Positions 1 through 9,550 of a stretch of 64,000 bases of DNA are shown here, one piece after another. Both the position numbers and the translations under genes were made by a program. How positions within the stretch are numbered: position 1 is the stretch's first letter; each line of letters starts with the position of its first letter. Source of the DNA: an uncultured Sporobacter sp. GTDB taxonomy: Bacteria > Bacillota > Clostridia > Oscillospirales > Oscillospiraceae. The notes under the pieces are model-generated. The model saw only the letters and a list, made by a program, of their open reading frames with translations. It was not told the DNA's origin and did not search any database. Where the stretch lies: positions 401,582 to 465,581 of the forward strand of contig CAXXVF010000002.1 in the NCBI GenBank assembly GCA_963663605.2. The letters run 5' to 3'.

Positions 1-299
1 GAGGAGCCAGACGACGTAGTGGTGCCGGAGGAGTTGGATATCGTCCATGTTCCGGCGGAGGAGTTATAGCTGGTCGAACCGGACGAACCCGCAAGCCCGG
101 TGGCCAGCGACTGGTTCGCCTGATGGAGCGTGCTCATGGTAGCGGTGTCGCCTGCGTTATACGCCACCCACCACGCGGAGCTGTTCGCCGCCATTTGATT
201 CTGTATTGAACTGTTTGAGGCGGCAAATGCCGAAAAAGAAAGCACGGCGATCATCAGGATCACCGTGCAGAGAAACGTTATTGACTTTAGTTTTTTCAT
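1..299 (-). CDS. Secreted Ser/Thr/Asn-rich protein, partial (C-terminus lies beyond the window edge)
   Basis: ATG at 299-297. My translation reads MKKLKSITFLCTVILMIAVLSFSAFAASNSS..., a signal-peptide-like N-terminus followed by a low-complexity S/T/N/G-rich region. I saw no in-frame stop down to position 1. It is the last gene of the Tad array. Confidence 0.5.
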   Translation of the reverse strand, partial: MKKLKSITFLCTVILMIAVLSFSAFAASNSSIQNQMAANSSAWWVAYNAGDTATMSTLHQANQSLATGLAGSSGSTSYNSSAGTWTISNSSGTTTSSGS

Positions 300-318
300 T
301 TAGTACCTACCTCCATAA

Positions 319-1359
319 TCATTTGTACTGGCTGGCAAGGGGCATGATGGCCTTAATGTTGACGTAATAATTTGCCTGAGTATTCATGTGAATATCAACG
401 GCAATATAAACGGTCTCACCTCTTTGAAGCTGCGTGAAACCATACTTGGTCGCCATCGCTATTTCATCACCGGGAAGCGGCGCGGTATTTGTACTGCATG
501 TCATAGCAATGATACCACGTACTGTCGTCGTAATAACACTTACATTATCTTCTTGATAAATGCAGGATGAGTCCGTTATAAACTCGAAGCTGATATTATC
601 CGAGGTATAGGCAACCTCGGCTTTCGCTTCCTGAACAACAAGGTCAAAGAACTCATCGTTAGTTGTATCTTCTAAAACCCTATCAATTGCTTTAAATGGA
701 TAAACCGATATTCTGCTGATACAATTGTACAGATGCTCTCGGGCGTTGGCATAGCCGAACTCGCCGTTAAAGCTCTCGCGGTCGGCGCCGTAGAAATACT
801 CCAGATCCTCAGCGGTCTTTTTTTCCTTTGCCGTTTCATAAGAGACGGCGGCCTTGCTCTGCGTATAATCGTATGCTCTTAATGTCGCAATCTGCTCCGC
901 AGTCAGGACATCGGAATGTATTCCGACAACCCTGTAGACGTCCGAGTAGTCCACATATGCGCCAAGAGCCTCGGCTACAAACCTGATCGGCACATAGGTG
1001 CGACTCTCGCGTATGATCGCCGCCGTGTCCATAGTCACGGTCGTTGTCTCACCGTTTTGCGTAACCTCGAAGTCGGCATCGCCTATGCTGATTGCAACGG
1101 ATATACCATCTCTCTTTATTGTCGCCGTCTTAGTATCGTTATCCCAGCTCACGTCCGCGCCGAGCTGCTCGGTGGAGAATCGGACGGGTATCATTGTACG
1201 GTTATTCGCGTCGACAAACGGCTGCGCGTCAGGAAAGTCCACTGTGTAGCCGTTGACACGCACGCTGAGCTCAGTGCTTTCTGCCGCCGAGGCTCCGGTC
1301 ACGCAGAACGCGCTGAGCATGAGCGCAAGGGCGATTATCAGTGATATTTTTTTCTTCAT
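319..1359 (-). CDS. Copper amine oxidase N-terminal (stalk) domain protein, secreted
   Basis: The internal start MKKKISLIIALALMLSAFCVTGASA gives a signal peptide, and GGAGG lies 6 nt upstream. The motifs VNGYTVDFPDAQPFVDANNRTMIPVRF and SRTYVPIRFVAEALGA are typical of this repeat domain. The C-terminal 200 aa match no family I recognise. Confidence 0.65.
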   Translation of the reverse strand: MKKKISLIIALALMLSAFCVTGASAAESTELSVRVNGYTVDFPDAQPFVDANNRTMIPVRFSTEQLGADVSWDNDTKTATIKRDGISVAISIGDADFEVTQNGETTTVTMDTAAIIRESRTYVPIRFVAEALGAYVDYSDVYRVVGIHSDVLTAEQIATLRAYDYTQSKAAVSYETAKEKKTAEDLEYFYGADRESFNGEFGYANAREHLYNCISRISVYPFKAIDRVLEDTTNDEFFDLVVQEAKAEVAYTSDNISFEFITDSSCIYQEDNVSVITTTVRGIIAMTCSTNTAPLPGDEIAMATKYGFTQLQRGETVYIAVDIHMNTQANYYVNIKAIMPLASQYK

Positions 1360-1378
1360 AATGACCTCCAGTTTGTTA

Positions 1379-1801
1379 TTAAGCCGCGAGAAGCGCAAGC
1401 GCTTTGACGGCGATGTATGCCGGGGCGATGTAGGCACACAGGGGTATACCCCGGCTGATGGATTTTCTTTGGATAGCTCCGCATATTATCGCGCCGGCAA
1501 GCGCGAGGAAAAGGATTGCCGCCAGCTCCGTCAGCCCGCACGCGAAGCCAAGACCGCACAGCAGCTTGAAGTCGCCTCCCGCGAGCCTGCTTTTTGAAAT
1601 TTTTGCCGCCGCTATCAGCAGCACCGCAGGGATTACCAAACACATTATACCGTATGGTACGGAAAAGCCTACTAAAATTCCTGAAAAAATCAGAATAATA
1701 TGAACGAAATTAGGTATCTCACGCCGTGTATAATCGACAACGCCGCCATAAATCAAGGCGGCGGCGCAGAGGATTACGGCTATTGTGTTCACCATCGTCA
1801 T
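1379..1801 (-). CDS. A24-family prepilin peptidase (TadV/CpaA-like)
   Basis: 140-aa polytopic membrane protein. It has the conserved D in VVDYTRREIP and GGDFKLL (the GGGD[VF]KL-type second aspartate box). Its start overlaps the upstream stop as ATGA. Confidence 0.7.
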   Translation of the reverse strand: MTMVNTIAVILCAAALIYGGVVDYTRREIPNFVHIILIFSGILVGFSVPYGIMCLVIPAVLLIAAAKISKSRLAGGDFKLLCGLGFACGLTELAAILFLALAGAIICGAIQRKSISRGIPLCAYIAPAYIAVKALALLAA

Positions 1802-2226
1802 ATTACCCTGTAGTTGGTGGCTTTCACCGTAAAGTCAAAGGTCAGGTCGTCGAAGCCGTACTGCTGAAATATGGTGGAGAAGGTGACCGTACCCGTGGCG
1901 GTGAGGGAGGGCGTCGATTCTGTTCCTTCGATTGAGGTGATTGTTACGGAATACCCGTCCGGCATGTCGCTGGCGATGAAGCCACGGAAGTCTTCCATAG
2001 CTCCCTGCACGTCCAGCCGCAGGATATTGTCCGCCCGGTATTCGTCCTGTATGTTTGCTTCAACGGCGCTGTTACAGCTTCTCTGCAAGATGGTTTCCGC
2101 CGCGTAGTAGCGCTCGAACGTCGCCCCGGTCTCCATGACCAGAAAGGCTGCGACAAGCAGGAAAAACACCAGCCCGATAAAGATTACGGACAGGCCGCCC
2201 GACCTGTCCCTCAGCAGCTTTTTCAT
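1798..2226 (-). CDS. TadE/TadG-like minor pilin / pilus assembly protein
   Basis: The N-terminus MKKLLRDRSGGLSVIFIGLVFFLLVAAF has a basic leader plus a hydrophobic helix, as in TadE-like proteins. It sits in the Tad operon with an ATGA overlap to the upstream gene. Confidence 0.5.
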   Translation of the reverse strand: MKKLLRDRSGGLSVIFIGLVFFLLVAAFLVMETGATFERYYAAETILQRSCNSAVEANIQDEYRADNILRLDVQGAMEDFRGFIASDMPDGYSVTITSIEGTESTPSLTATGTVTFSTIFQQYGFDDLTFDFTVKATNYRVI

Positions 2227-2663
2227 TCCTTGTGATACACCTCGCTCATTCCGGCCACCTTCACCTCGATTGGCAGGACGATTTGAATCGGACTTTCGCC
2301 AAACCGCAGGATGGTGATCCTGTAGCTTGCCGTCAGCGTTACGTTAAACGCCTGCCGGAGCTGGATTTTGTTGCCTGAGAGGTACACAGCGTCAACCTGA
2401 ACATCAATGTCCTCTAAGCTGTCATTTGACATACCGTTTATGATATTCATGGTTTCTGTCTCGTCGTATAGTCCGGTAACCTCAATGCTGCGCACGACCC
2501 TGCGGCAAAGGTAGCTCGCGTTGTAGTATTGCATGATGTATATCATGCTCGATATGAGCGCCAAAAAGATTAAGACGAGCATGGCGGTCGTAAGCAGAAA
2601 TGATACCGCTTCATCGCCTTTCTTGTCGCGCAGCAGACTCCTTATCTTGCCTAAAAACGCCAT
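2223..2663 (-). CDS. TadE-like / DUF4320-type pilus protein
   Basis: The N-terminus LLRDKKGDEAVSFLLTTAMLVLIFLALI resembles a pseudopilin. It lies immediately downstream of the Flp pilin gene. Confidence 0.45.
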   Translation of the reverse strand: MAFLGKIRSLLRDKKGDEAVSFLLTTAMLVLIFLALISSMIYIMQYYNASYLCRRVVRSIEVTGLYDETETMNIINGMSNDSLEDIDVQVDAVYLSGNKIQLRQAFNVTLTASYRITILRFGESPIQIVLPIEVKVAGMSEVYHKE

Positions 2664-2677
2664 GCTGTACTACCCCC

Positions 2678-2905
2678 TTACCAGTTGGCGTTGAGCTTCT
2701 GCTCCATACCGTTGAAGATGTTCTGGAAGAAGCCGGGGAAAAAGGAATTGACCGCGAGGATAAGCAGCCCGATAATGACAACAGCGAGAATAATGCCGCC
2801 AATCGTATTGACCGCAAGCTCGCCCCTGTTGTCGCCGAGCAGCGACGCCGCCCTGACTGTGACGCTTCTTACCTTTTCTGTGATTGTCTTTACGATTTTT
2901 TTCAT
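2678..2905 (-). CDS. flp: Flp-family type IVb (Tad) pilin
   Basis: 75 aa. It has a charged leader, then SLLG/DNRGELAVNTIGGIILAVVIIGLLILAV. This gives a Gly at the putative cleavage site, Glu at +5, and a long hydrophobic helix. It lies directly upstream of the TadE-like genes. Confidence 0.6.
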   Translation of the reverse strand: MKKIVKTITEKVRSVTVRAASLLGDNRGELAVNTIGGIILAVVIIGLLILAVNSFFPGFFQNIFNGMEQKLNANW

Positions 2906-2919
2906 GTTTTTTCTCCTTT

Positions 2920-3798
2920 TTAATATAGATTTTGGAAATTATTGATAACGTACACGACGAGGACATACATAACGATGGCGACGCAGACGGCGACGGCGGG
3001 CATAAACGTCCCGCGCATTTTCGCCGGTCTGAGCGACAGTTCCTTCCTGATACCCTCTCTGGCCTGACGCGCCATGTCGTCAGCTATATACTCAAGCGCC
3101 GCCGTCTGGTCTATTCCCAGGCTCATATCCCGGAGCGCGCCGCATAGGCGGAACGCCTCCGAGGTGCCGAGGCTGCTTTCAAAATGAAGCAGCGCGGACT
3201 GGGTGTTGCCCGCCTTCATCTCCGCGACGAGAATATCAAGCTCTCCGCCCAGCTCCGCTCCCGCAACCCTTCTGTACGAGACTATCGCGTTTAGCAGGTC
3301 GCGGTCGCTTTGCAGGCTTCGGCTGAGAGTTCGGATAAATCGGGGCATTTCCCGCGCGATAAGCTGCTCCTGCTTTTTGACCCTTTCGCCAAGGGAGCTG
3401 TGCTGCTTCAGAAGGGCGTAGGCCGTCAGCAGGAACGCCAGCAGGACGCCGAAATAAAAGTGAAAAAGGGCGCACACCACTGTTAGGCAGACCCCGGCGG
3501 CGATAAGCAGATATATTTGCGCCGTATACTCCCGCGGAGTGATAGAAAGCCCCGCCTTGGAAAGCCTCCTGTTCAGCCTCAGGGCGGCGCTTTCATCCAG
3601 ATAGACCATCCTTGAAATACGGGACAACAAGCTTTTAGCAAAGGCTGTTTTCCAGATATCCAGGCGCCTGCGCTGCCATTTAGACATTTTTTTGAGCGTG
3701 TTTCGCCCTATAAACGAATGCCCCCGCGTTATGCAAAGGCTGTTCGCCGCATAAAACACGAGGGCAAGGATCAGTACTAAAGTCAGTATAATCAGCAT
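2920..3798 (-). CDS. tadC: TadC-like type II secretion system F-family membrane protein
   Basis: 292-aa membrane protein with TM segments at both ends and a central soluble helical domain. It sits after tadB. Confidence 0.7.
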   Translation of the reverse strand: MLIILTLVLILALVFYAANSLCITRGHSFIGRNTLKKMSKWQRRRLDIWKTAFAKSLLSRISRMVYLDESAALRLNRRLSKAGLSITPREYTAQIYLLIAAGVCLTVVCALFHFYFGVLLAFLLTAYALLKQHSSLGERVKKQEQLIAREMPRFIRTLSRSLQSDRDLLNAIVSYRRVAGAELGGELDILVAEMKAGNTQSALLHFESSLGTSEAFRLCGALRDMSLGIDQTAALEYIADDMARQAREGIRKELSLRPAKMRGTFMPAVAVCVAIVMYVLVVYVINNFQNLY

Positions 3799-3810
3799 GG
3801 TTTTTCTCCC

Positions 3811-4704
3811 TTACATCAGCAGCGGCTTGTTTACCTTCATCGCTTTCACGACCGAGAACACCACAGCCGCCAGCAGGAGCAGTATGAGCAGCTTGCCGAT
3901 TGGAGAGGTGACAAGAATGACGTAGGCGGGATTCATCAGCACCCTGAAAATCATGGGAACAGAAAAGATAAGTATCAGCAGGGTGAAATACTCCCGCCAT
4001 ATGGCGAACATCGCGGTATCGGATTCCCGCTGAACCTCGTGCGCGTCATTCATCTCGTCGACAACCGTTTTGGCGACGTATTTCAGGCTCCTGTCACTTT
4101 GAGCCATGACCAGCGCGTCCACCCACTGGGGAAAGTAGCTGTTGTCCACCTGATTATTCATGCGCCGGAGCCCTTTTTCCACGCTGTTGTCAATGTAGGT
4201 TGTGTAGGCCAGAAGGTCGCGAAACGGCTGCGGGTACTCCAGCGCGTCCACGTTGTCTCGCACGGATTTTAGAAAATCCTCCGTTACGATGTATGAGTTT
4301 GAGAGTATCATCATGGTTGAGCGAAGCTTATCCGCGCGGGCGCTCTTTGCCGCCGTTATCTTAAGGGCCAACACAAAAAGCGGCGAGACCGCGCCGAGAC
4401 CGCCGGTGATTACGGCAACGAAGGTATCGCTGAAAAACAGCTTGCCGAGAGCGAAGCCGACTGCGCCGCCGAGTGCGGTCATTGTGTAATATACGGACCG
4501 AGGCATCCGCGCCGCCGCCGCAAGCTCCTTTTGGCGCTGGATTATTTTTGCCGCTATGCTCCGCTTTCTCAGCTTCATGGAAGCGGCTTTTTCCTTTTTT
4601 GACTTCTGTGCCTTATACGCGCCGCTAAGCGCCCTGTCCAAGCCGAAAAGCAGGAAGAGCGCGAGCACGGTCAGACAGAACACGCCGATGTAATAACTAT
4701 GCAT
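3811..4704 (-). CDS. tadB: TadB-like type II secretion system F-family membrane protein
   Basis: Same architecture as the TadC-like gene. The preferred start MHSYYIG at 4704 overlaps the tadA stop as ATGCATAG. The track ORF extends to 4728. Confidence 0.7.
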   Translation of the reverse strand: MHSYYIGVFCLTVLALFLLFGLDRALSGAYKAQKSKKEKAASMKLRKRSIAAKIIQRQKELAAAARMPRSVYYTMTALGGAVGFALGKLFFSDTFVAVITGGLGAVSPLFVLALKITAAKSARADKLRSTMMILSNSYIVTEDFLKSVRDNVDALEYPQPFRDLLAYTTYIDNSVEKGLRRMNNQVDNSYFPQWVDALVMAQSDRSLKYVAKTVVDEMNDAHEVQRESDTAMFAIWREYFTLLILIFSVPMIFRVLMNPAYVILVTSPIGKLLILLLLAAVVFSVVKAMKVNKPLLM

Positions 4705-6115
4705 AATCTCGCTCCTTTCTTGCGGCATCGGGGAACAGTCTCAAAAGCTCCGTTTCCGGCACGCCGTTGTCGCGCAGGCGGGAAAAAAGAACGGGCGATA
4801 TACAACCCGTTCTCTGGTGCTCGCCGTGAATCTTCACGACTTTTCCGTGCCCGTCGCGCTCGGTTTCCCTTATCACGAATTTAAACAGTGTGCTGCCGAT
4901 GAGCTTTCCGTTATCCACGCCCGTGGCCTCGAAGATTTCCATGTACTTTCGGCTGTTGTCACGAAGCTGTTTTTTGAATACCATGACAGGCCACGCACCG
5001 GCACAGATTTCAAGAAGCCGCTCATCCGACAGGCCTGTCCGAGCCGTCACGCACATGGACACGAGCCGCTTGTACGCGTCGCGGGCGTTGTCGGCGTGAA
5101 AGGCCGTGAGGATTGTATGCCCTGTCTGCCCGGCGATCGCCGCCTGGTACGCCGCGCCGTCGCGCACCTCGGCGGGAACGATGAGCGAGGGGTTAAATCG
5201 CAGGGAACCGACTATGAGGTCGAGCATAGTGATTGGGTTCGGCGCGGGCTTCGTCGTCGTATGGAGTACCCGCGCGGGTCTGTCGTTCGCGGTGTCGTAG
5301 CTTAGCAAATTCAGCTCGCGGCTGTCCTCGATAACGAACACACGGTTGTTGTAATCCTCGTTTCGGCGTATGTACTCGTTGAGCAAAAACGCCTGATCGG
5401 TCGTTTTGCCGGAGCCCGTGCTGCCGGAAAGTCCAATTGAAATGCTGTTGCACAGGCACAGGGTAAGAAAATCCAGCATTTCCGCTGTTGCCGAGCCCGA
5501 GTCGAGCAGTTGGCCTCTCGTAATACTGCTCTGGCTTTGCTTTCTGATGGACGCGATCACGCCGCACTCCGGTGGCACGGCCGGCGGGATCATCGCCGAA
5601 ATACGAGTGCCGCCGCCGATATAGCTGTCCACGCGGGGTGTCTGGTTGTCCAAAAGCATACCGCCCATACGCACCATGCGCTTGACCATATCCAGCGCGG
5701 CCTCGGGCGTGGGAAACGCTTTATCGTTACAGAGGTATCTGACATGGTCGGGGTAGGTTATCTCAATGAGACCATAGCCGTTTATATTCACTTCCTCCAC
5801 ATTCGGATTGTGGAGATATTCGGTCAGTATCCCAAGCCCCGCCATGTCCTGATAGATTTTCTCCACCAGCGTCTCCTGCTCGAATTCCTGTCCCGCAAGC
5901 TCCTGTACGCAGTATTTAAGAATAAGCGCTTTCAGCGTCTTCGCCGCTTCCGGGCTGTCGAGCGCCGAGGCGAGCTCTCCGGAGTTCTTTTCGGCAATCA
6001 CCGTCCGCACGATATCCAGAAGCCGGACATAGCTGAATTTATCCGCCTGGCTCTCCGGCACGGTGCTGCTCGTCGCCTGTACGACGGATAGAAATTCGGT
6101 TGATGTAATGCTCAT
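4697..6115 (-). CDS. tadA: CpaF/TadA-family pilus assembly ATPase
   Basis: Walker A GSTGSGKTT, Walker B VFVIEDSRE, and the Asp/His boxes of secretion ATPases (GHTILTAFHA). 472 aa. Confidence 0.9.
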   Translation of the reverse strand: MSITSTEFLSVVQATSSTVPESQADKFSYVRLLDIVRTVIAEKNSGELASALDSPEAAKTLKALILKYCVQELAGQEFEQETLVEKIYQDMAGLGILTEYLHNPNVEEVNINGYGLIEITYPDHVRYLCNDKAFPTPEAALDMVKRMVRMGGMLLDNQTPRVDSYIGGGTRISAMIPPAVPPECGVIASIRKQSQSSITRGQLLDSGSATAEMLDFLTLCLCNSISIGLSGSTGSGKTTDQAFLLNEYIRRNEDYNNRVFVIEDSRELNLLSYDTANDRPARVLHTTTKPAPNPITMLDLIVGSLRFNPSLIVPAEVRDGAAYQAAIAGQTGHTILTAFHADNARDAYKRLVSMCVTARTGLSDERLLEICAGAWPVMVFKKQLRDNSRKYMEIFEATGVDNGKLIGSTLFKFVIRETERDGHGKVVKIHGEHQRTGCISPVLFSRLRDNGVPETELLRLFPDAARKERDYA

Positions 6116-6819
6116 GTATTTATCACCTCATAAATCCGACTTAACGCTTCTCGATACAGCCTGCCCTTTTTACCGGCAAGTCCATAGATAAGCCGCCGCT
6201 CGTTTTGCAAAAGGGTCGCCTGGGCAATATGCGGTATGGTGACGGCGGGGCTGACCTCCAGCAGCTCGTGCATGGCATTGTAGTCATAGTCGGAGGTTGT
6301 CTCCGTGCTGACATAAAACACCTTGTTACCGAGAGCCCTTATTGCCCTTGCGTTCGCACTGTACCAGACGGCGCACGAGGCCTGCCCGCCCATGCAGAGG
6401 GGAACGCTTGAAGCCTTGTTCATAGCCCAGGCCGCCGTGAGGCTGTTCGTCTCGGACGGGCAATCGACGACGACGTGATCAAAGGTGATGTCGCAGAGCT
6501 CCAGCAGCAGCTTGACCTGCTCGTCCGAATAGTTGTCATCGAACGCGTCGGCGTTTGTCGGAGCGGCGAGGATATACAAAAGATCGCCGATTTTGAGGAT
6601 GGTCTGCTTGAGATTGTCAAAGCCGCGGATTGCCGCTGGGAGGCTTCTGTTTCGTGGAATTTTCACGCCGAATATGGCGGACAGCTCGCTGAACGGCTCG
6701 GGTGAAATGAGACACACGCTTTTACCGCTCCGGCTGACGGCGTGGGCAAGATTAACGGCGAGAGTTGTTTTCCCGCTTCGGGGCGCCCCCCATATGGCAT
6801 GGATGCCCACGTCATTCAC
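6112..6819 (-). CDS. ParA/MinD-like ATPase (TadZ/CpaE-like)
   Basis: Deviant Walker A WGAPRSGKTTLAVNLA. GTG start. It overlaps cpaB by 8 nt and tadA by 4 nt (ATGA). Confidence 0.65.
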   Translation of the reverse strand: MNDVGIHAIWGAPRSGKTTLAVNLAHAVSRSGKSVCLISPEPFSELSAIFGVKIPRNRSLPAAIRGFDNLKQTILKIGDLLYILAAPTNADAFDDNYSDEQVKLLLELCDITFDHVVVDCPSETNSLTAAWAMNKASSVPLCMGGQASCAVWYSANARAIRALGNKVFYVSTETTSDYDYNAMHELLEVSPAVTIPHIAQATLLQNERRLIYGLAGKKGRLYREALSRIYEVINT

Positions 6820-7516
6820 CCGCTTCCCGTAACGCTAAGTGCAGGGATTTTTCACGCTCCAGCCGTATGAGCGTTTTCGCCTGCTGCCCGTCGACAATGA
6901 ACACGACGTAGGCAGGCGCGAAATCGTAATCCGACGCGTCCGCGCCCGGCGCGGCCTCCAACTCCGCATCGAGGTCTGAAAGCGACAGCAGCCTGGCGTT
7001 TAACACCTCGTATACGCGCAGGGAGGATATGGCCAGATTGACCGCCGAGCTGCCGGATTCGTCAGTTCCATATTCGTAAACGTCCACCACGTCGCCATCG
7101 CGAAGCACGCCCGCGACGCCCGACGAGGTAGTCGGGAAGCTGACGGTCAGCAGGTATTGTCCGTCGCCGAGAGCCGCACCCGACCCCGCGATTTCCAGTT
7201 CATATTCCTCTATGGCGACGAAGCGGTCGCGCCAGAGATACTCACCGGCGTAAACAGTCGAGACGGCAACCTGCCCGATTATTTGATCCGCTTTTGTAAC
7301 AACGTCGCCAGCCAGCCCATAGGAGCCGACCTCGGAGACCGTCAGCATCGTATCGTCGATCACCGTGCCGCGCTCGACCGTCTGATTGAGCCGCACGATT
7401 TCCGTGGTTGCGGAGCGCGTCTCGTACAGCCGGGGCAGCAGAACAAACGCGAGTACGGCCGCCATTACCAAACACGCCGCGCCGATGAAAATTCTGTTTT
7501 TTAATAGCTTCAACAT
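6812..7516 (-). CDS. cpaB: CpaB/RcpC-like Flp pilus assembly protein (SAF domain)
   Basis: N-terminal TM segment, then a SAF-like segment (VRLNQTVERGTVIDDTMLTV ... IGQVAVSTVYAGEYL). AAGGAG lies 7 nt upstream. It starts only 12 nt after the stop of the ArdA-like gene. Confidence 0.7.
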   Translation of the reverse strand: MLKLLKNRIFIGAACLVMAAVLAFVLLPRLYETRSATTEIVRLNQTVERGTVIDDTMLTVSEVGSYGLAGDVVTKADQIIGQVAVSTVYAGEYLWRDRFVAIEEYELEIAGSGAALGDGQYLLTVSFPTTSSGVAGVLRDGDVVDVYEYGTDESGSSAVNLAISSLRVYEVLNARLLSLSDLDAELEAAPGADASDYDFAPAYVVFIVDGQQAKTLIRLEREKSLHLALREAGE

Positions 7517-7528
7517 GGGTTTTTCTCC

Positions 7529-8698
7529 TTAATACATATTCATACCTGGCTCTTCCGGCTTCGACGCAATAATCTGCCCGCCGTCGTAACGGGAGAGCAG
7601 CCCGTAGGAGGTCGGCCGCATTTCCTCGCCCAGCCGTTCATGTGCGTAGGCGTACATATTGACGTGTGGGCACAGAGCCTCATACTCGTCGCGGGAGAGG
7701 AGTTTTTGCAGATGGAGCGCCGCCGCGTCCTGTGTTCCCGCCGCGCCGTACAGGAGGTTGTATTCGTCAAGCCTGACGGCGATAAGCGCCGCCTGCTGAA
7801 CGCTGTCGCAATCCGTGGCTTCAAGCACGGCCTTGAATTTACGGAAATCCTCATGCTCAAGGGCGGCGACGGTCTTCGCGAGCGCGTTCAATTCATGGAA
7901 ATCCTCCAGAAAGCCGAATGCCTCTGACAGCTGGGGTATAGCGCTTTCATACCTTAAAAAGCAGCAGCCCTCGATATCGTCCGTGCCGAGCTCTTCAAAC
8001 GCCGCGTTTATCTCTTCATCGGTCGCCGGAAGCCTTATCGTCACGCCGCGCTGTGCGTTTTCCTCATCTGCCTCTGGGAGCTTCGCGATATCCAGGGCGA
8101 AAACATAGTCCGGCTTTTGCGGATAGGGGATATTATCGCTGCTGTATACCTGCCTGATATCTCCGAGAATAACGTAGCCACCCCGTGTAAAAACACCTCC
8201 CTCGCCCGAATGTGACGCGCGCCCCAGCTTTCCCGTGTCCAGCATCGCTATCATATTCTCGCTCATACCGGTAATCCGATCGTCATAAAAGCCGTTTTCC
8301 AAATAGAAAGCGCCGAGCGCCCTGTCGTCGCGCACGTTGTACGCGATCTGGCAGTCGTCCGTGCTGTAAGTCATATTGATCAGCCGTTCAAGCCGGATGG
8401 GTTCGCAGCCTGTTTCAACGCTGTCCCGCGCGACGAGCCCTTCGAAGCAGTCCCGCTGCCAGTCGTCAAGCTCCGAGAGCCGCTTTGCCAGCAGGTTCAG
8501 TTCGAACAGGTTCGCCGACTCGGGGATAAACTGCGGTAGATAGTCCTTCTCGCATTGATGGACCGTCACCGAATAGATATCCCTTTCGTTTACAATACGC
8601 GCCCTTTCGAGCGCGTCCAGCAGCTCCGCGTCGGTGGCCGGAAGCTTCAGCGCCGCGGAGGCATTGAAGCCGGGCCGGCTCAGATATACCTCAAACAT
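7529..8698 (-). CDS. ArdA-like anti-restriction domain protein, double-module (paralog 1)
   Basis: Two internal repeats of [LPATD-EL ... ELN-LAK-L--L]. The C-terminal segment VNMYAYAHERLGEEMRPTSYGLL resembles the ArdA C-terminal domain (YIDY--YGRDL---G-F). It is a paralog of 9551..10723. The assignment is from memory of the family only. Confidence 0.45.
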   Translation of the reverse strand: MFEVYLSRPGFNASAALKLPATDAELLDALERARIVNERDIYSVTVHQCEKDYLPQFIPESANLFELNLLAKRLSELDDWQRDCFEGLVARDSVETGCEPIRLERLINMTYSTDDCQIAYNVRDDRALGAFYLENGFYDDRITGMSENMIAMLDTGKLGRASHSGEGGVFTRGGYVILGDIRQVYSSDNIPYPQKPDYVFALDIAKLPEADEENAQRGVTIRLPATDEEINAAFEELGTDDIEGCCFLRYESAIPQLSEAFGFLEDFHELNALAKTVAALEHEDFRKFKAVLEATDCDSVQQAALIAVRLDEYNLLYGAAGTQDAAALHLQKLLSRDEYEALCPHVNMYAYAHERLGEEMRPTSYGLLSRYDGGQIIASKPEEPGMNMY

Positions 8699-8711
8699 TG
8701 GTTTCCTCCGT

Positions 8712-8747
8712 TCACGAAAAGAGCATTGCCGCAGTCGGCAATGCCTC
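8712..8747 (-). terminator. Hairpin plus U-tract immediately upstream of the RBS of the ArdA-like gene (partial terminator or attenuator)
   Basis: On the minus strand a 9-bp GC-rich stem GCATTGCCG/CGGCAATGC with a 4-nt loop is followed by TCTTTTCG. GGAGG and the ATG at 8698 follow. Confidence 0.45.
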
Positions 8748-8820
8748 CGTTTTATTTATATAGATGGATGCTTTATATGATTTGAAATTAGGTAACGCGG
8801 AACCAAGCTTCAAACCAGCT

Positions 8821-9549
8821 TTACTCAAGCCGCATCCTCGGCTGTTGATTCCGCCATAACAGCACCTCGTCCTCGGTATAAAGCCGCCAGCCGTTATCGC
8901 CGCTCCAGAGGTGGACATACAGCTCTCCGGCAGGTGTTTTTATGGGGTGTTGCTCGAACGACTCGCCCCAGCCGTCTGCCGCCTGTCCGGTCACATAAGC
9001 CTCGAAGCTTTCCGTTTCCTCCGGCGTGAGTTCACCCGTGGACGTATACTCGACGACGCCCCAAAGCCAACCGGATATATTCTCAACAGAGAACTCAGCG
9101 GAGCGAACTTTGTCATTTACTCCGTCTTTTTTGTGATACCAATTCATGATGCCCCGCTCTTTTTCCTCCGGCATGCGAAAGCGCGCGATAGTTGCGTTGA
9201 TCGTGTCCGCGTAATCGGCCGCGGCGCAATTGTCTATTTCGGTGGGGTATTCCTCCAGATCCCCGTATTCATTGCGCTCATAGGTATCGACAAAGAGCGG
9301 CATGTACAGCTTCATTTCCGTCAGCTTCGGCGCTATCACGCTGAAGCGGTCTTCCCCTGGAAGCAAGCTGAGTGTACGGCCATTGTCCCAAAGCATATGG
9401 ATATTACAGGCGTCGTCGACAAAATCGACCGTTCCCTCCGTGCCGGGTGGCACCGAGGCATAGGGATCTTTCATCTCGTTAAGCTGGATGCGCGTACCGG
9501 GCGGGAATTGTTCCTTCATAAATTCCACCCATTTCGGATGCCGGTTCAT
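8821..9549 (-). CDS. DUF4314 domain protein (family typical of conjugative elements)
   Basis: The N-terminus PGTRIQLNEMKDPYASVPPGTEGTVDFVDDACNIHMLWDNGRTLSLLPGEDRF matches the DUF4314 signature as I remember it. The C-terminal 150 aa are unassigned. Confidence 0.6.
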   Translation of the reverse strand: MNRHPKWVEFMKEQFPPGTRIQLNEMKDPYASVPPGTEGTVDFVDDACNIHMLWDNGRTLSLLPGEDRFSVIAPKLTEMKLYMPLFVDTYERNEYGDLEEYPTEIDNCAAADYADTINATIARFRMPEEKERGIMNWYHKKDGVNDKVRSAEFSVENISGWLWGVVEYTSTGELTPEETESFEAYVTGQAADGWGESFEQHPIKTPAGELYVHLWSGDNGWRLYTEDEVLLWRNQQPRMRLE

Positions 9550-9550
9550 T

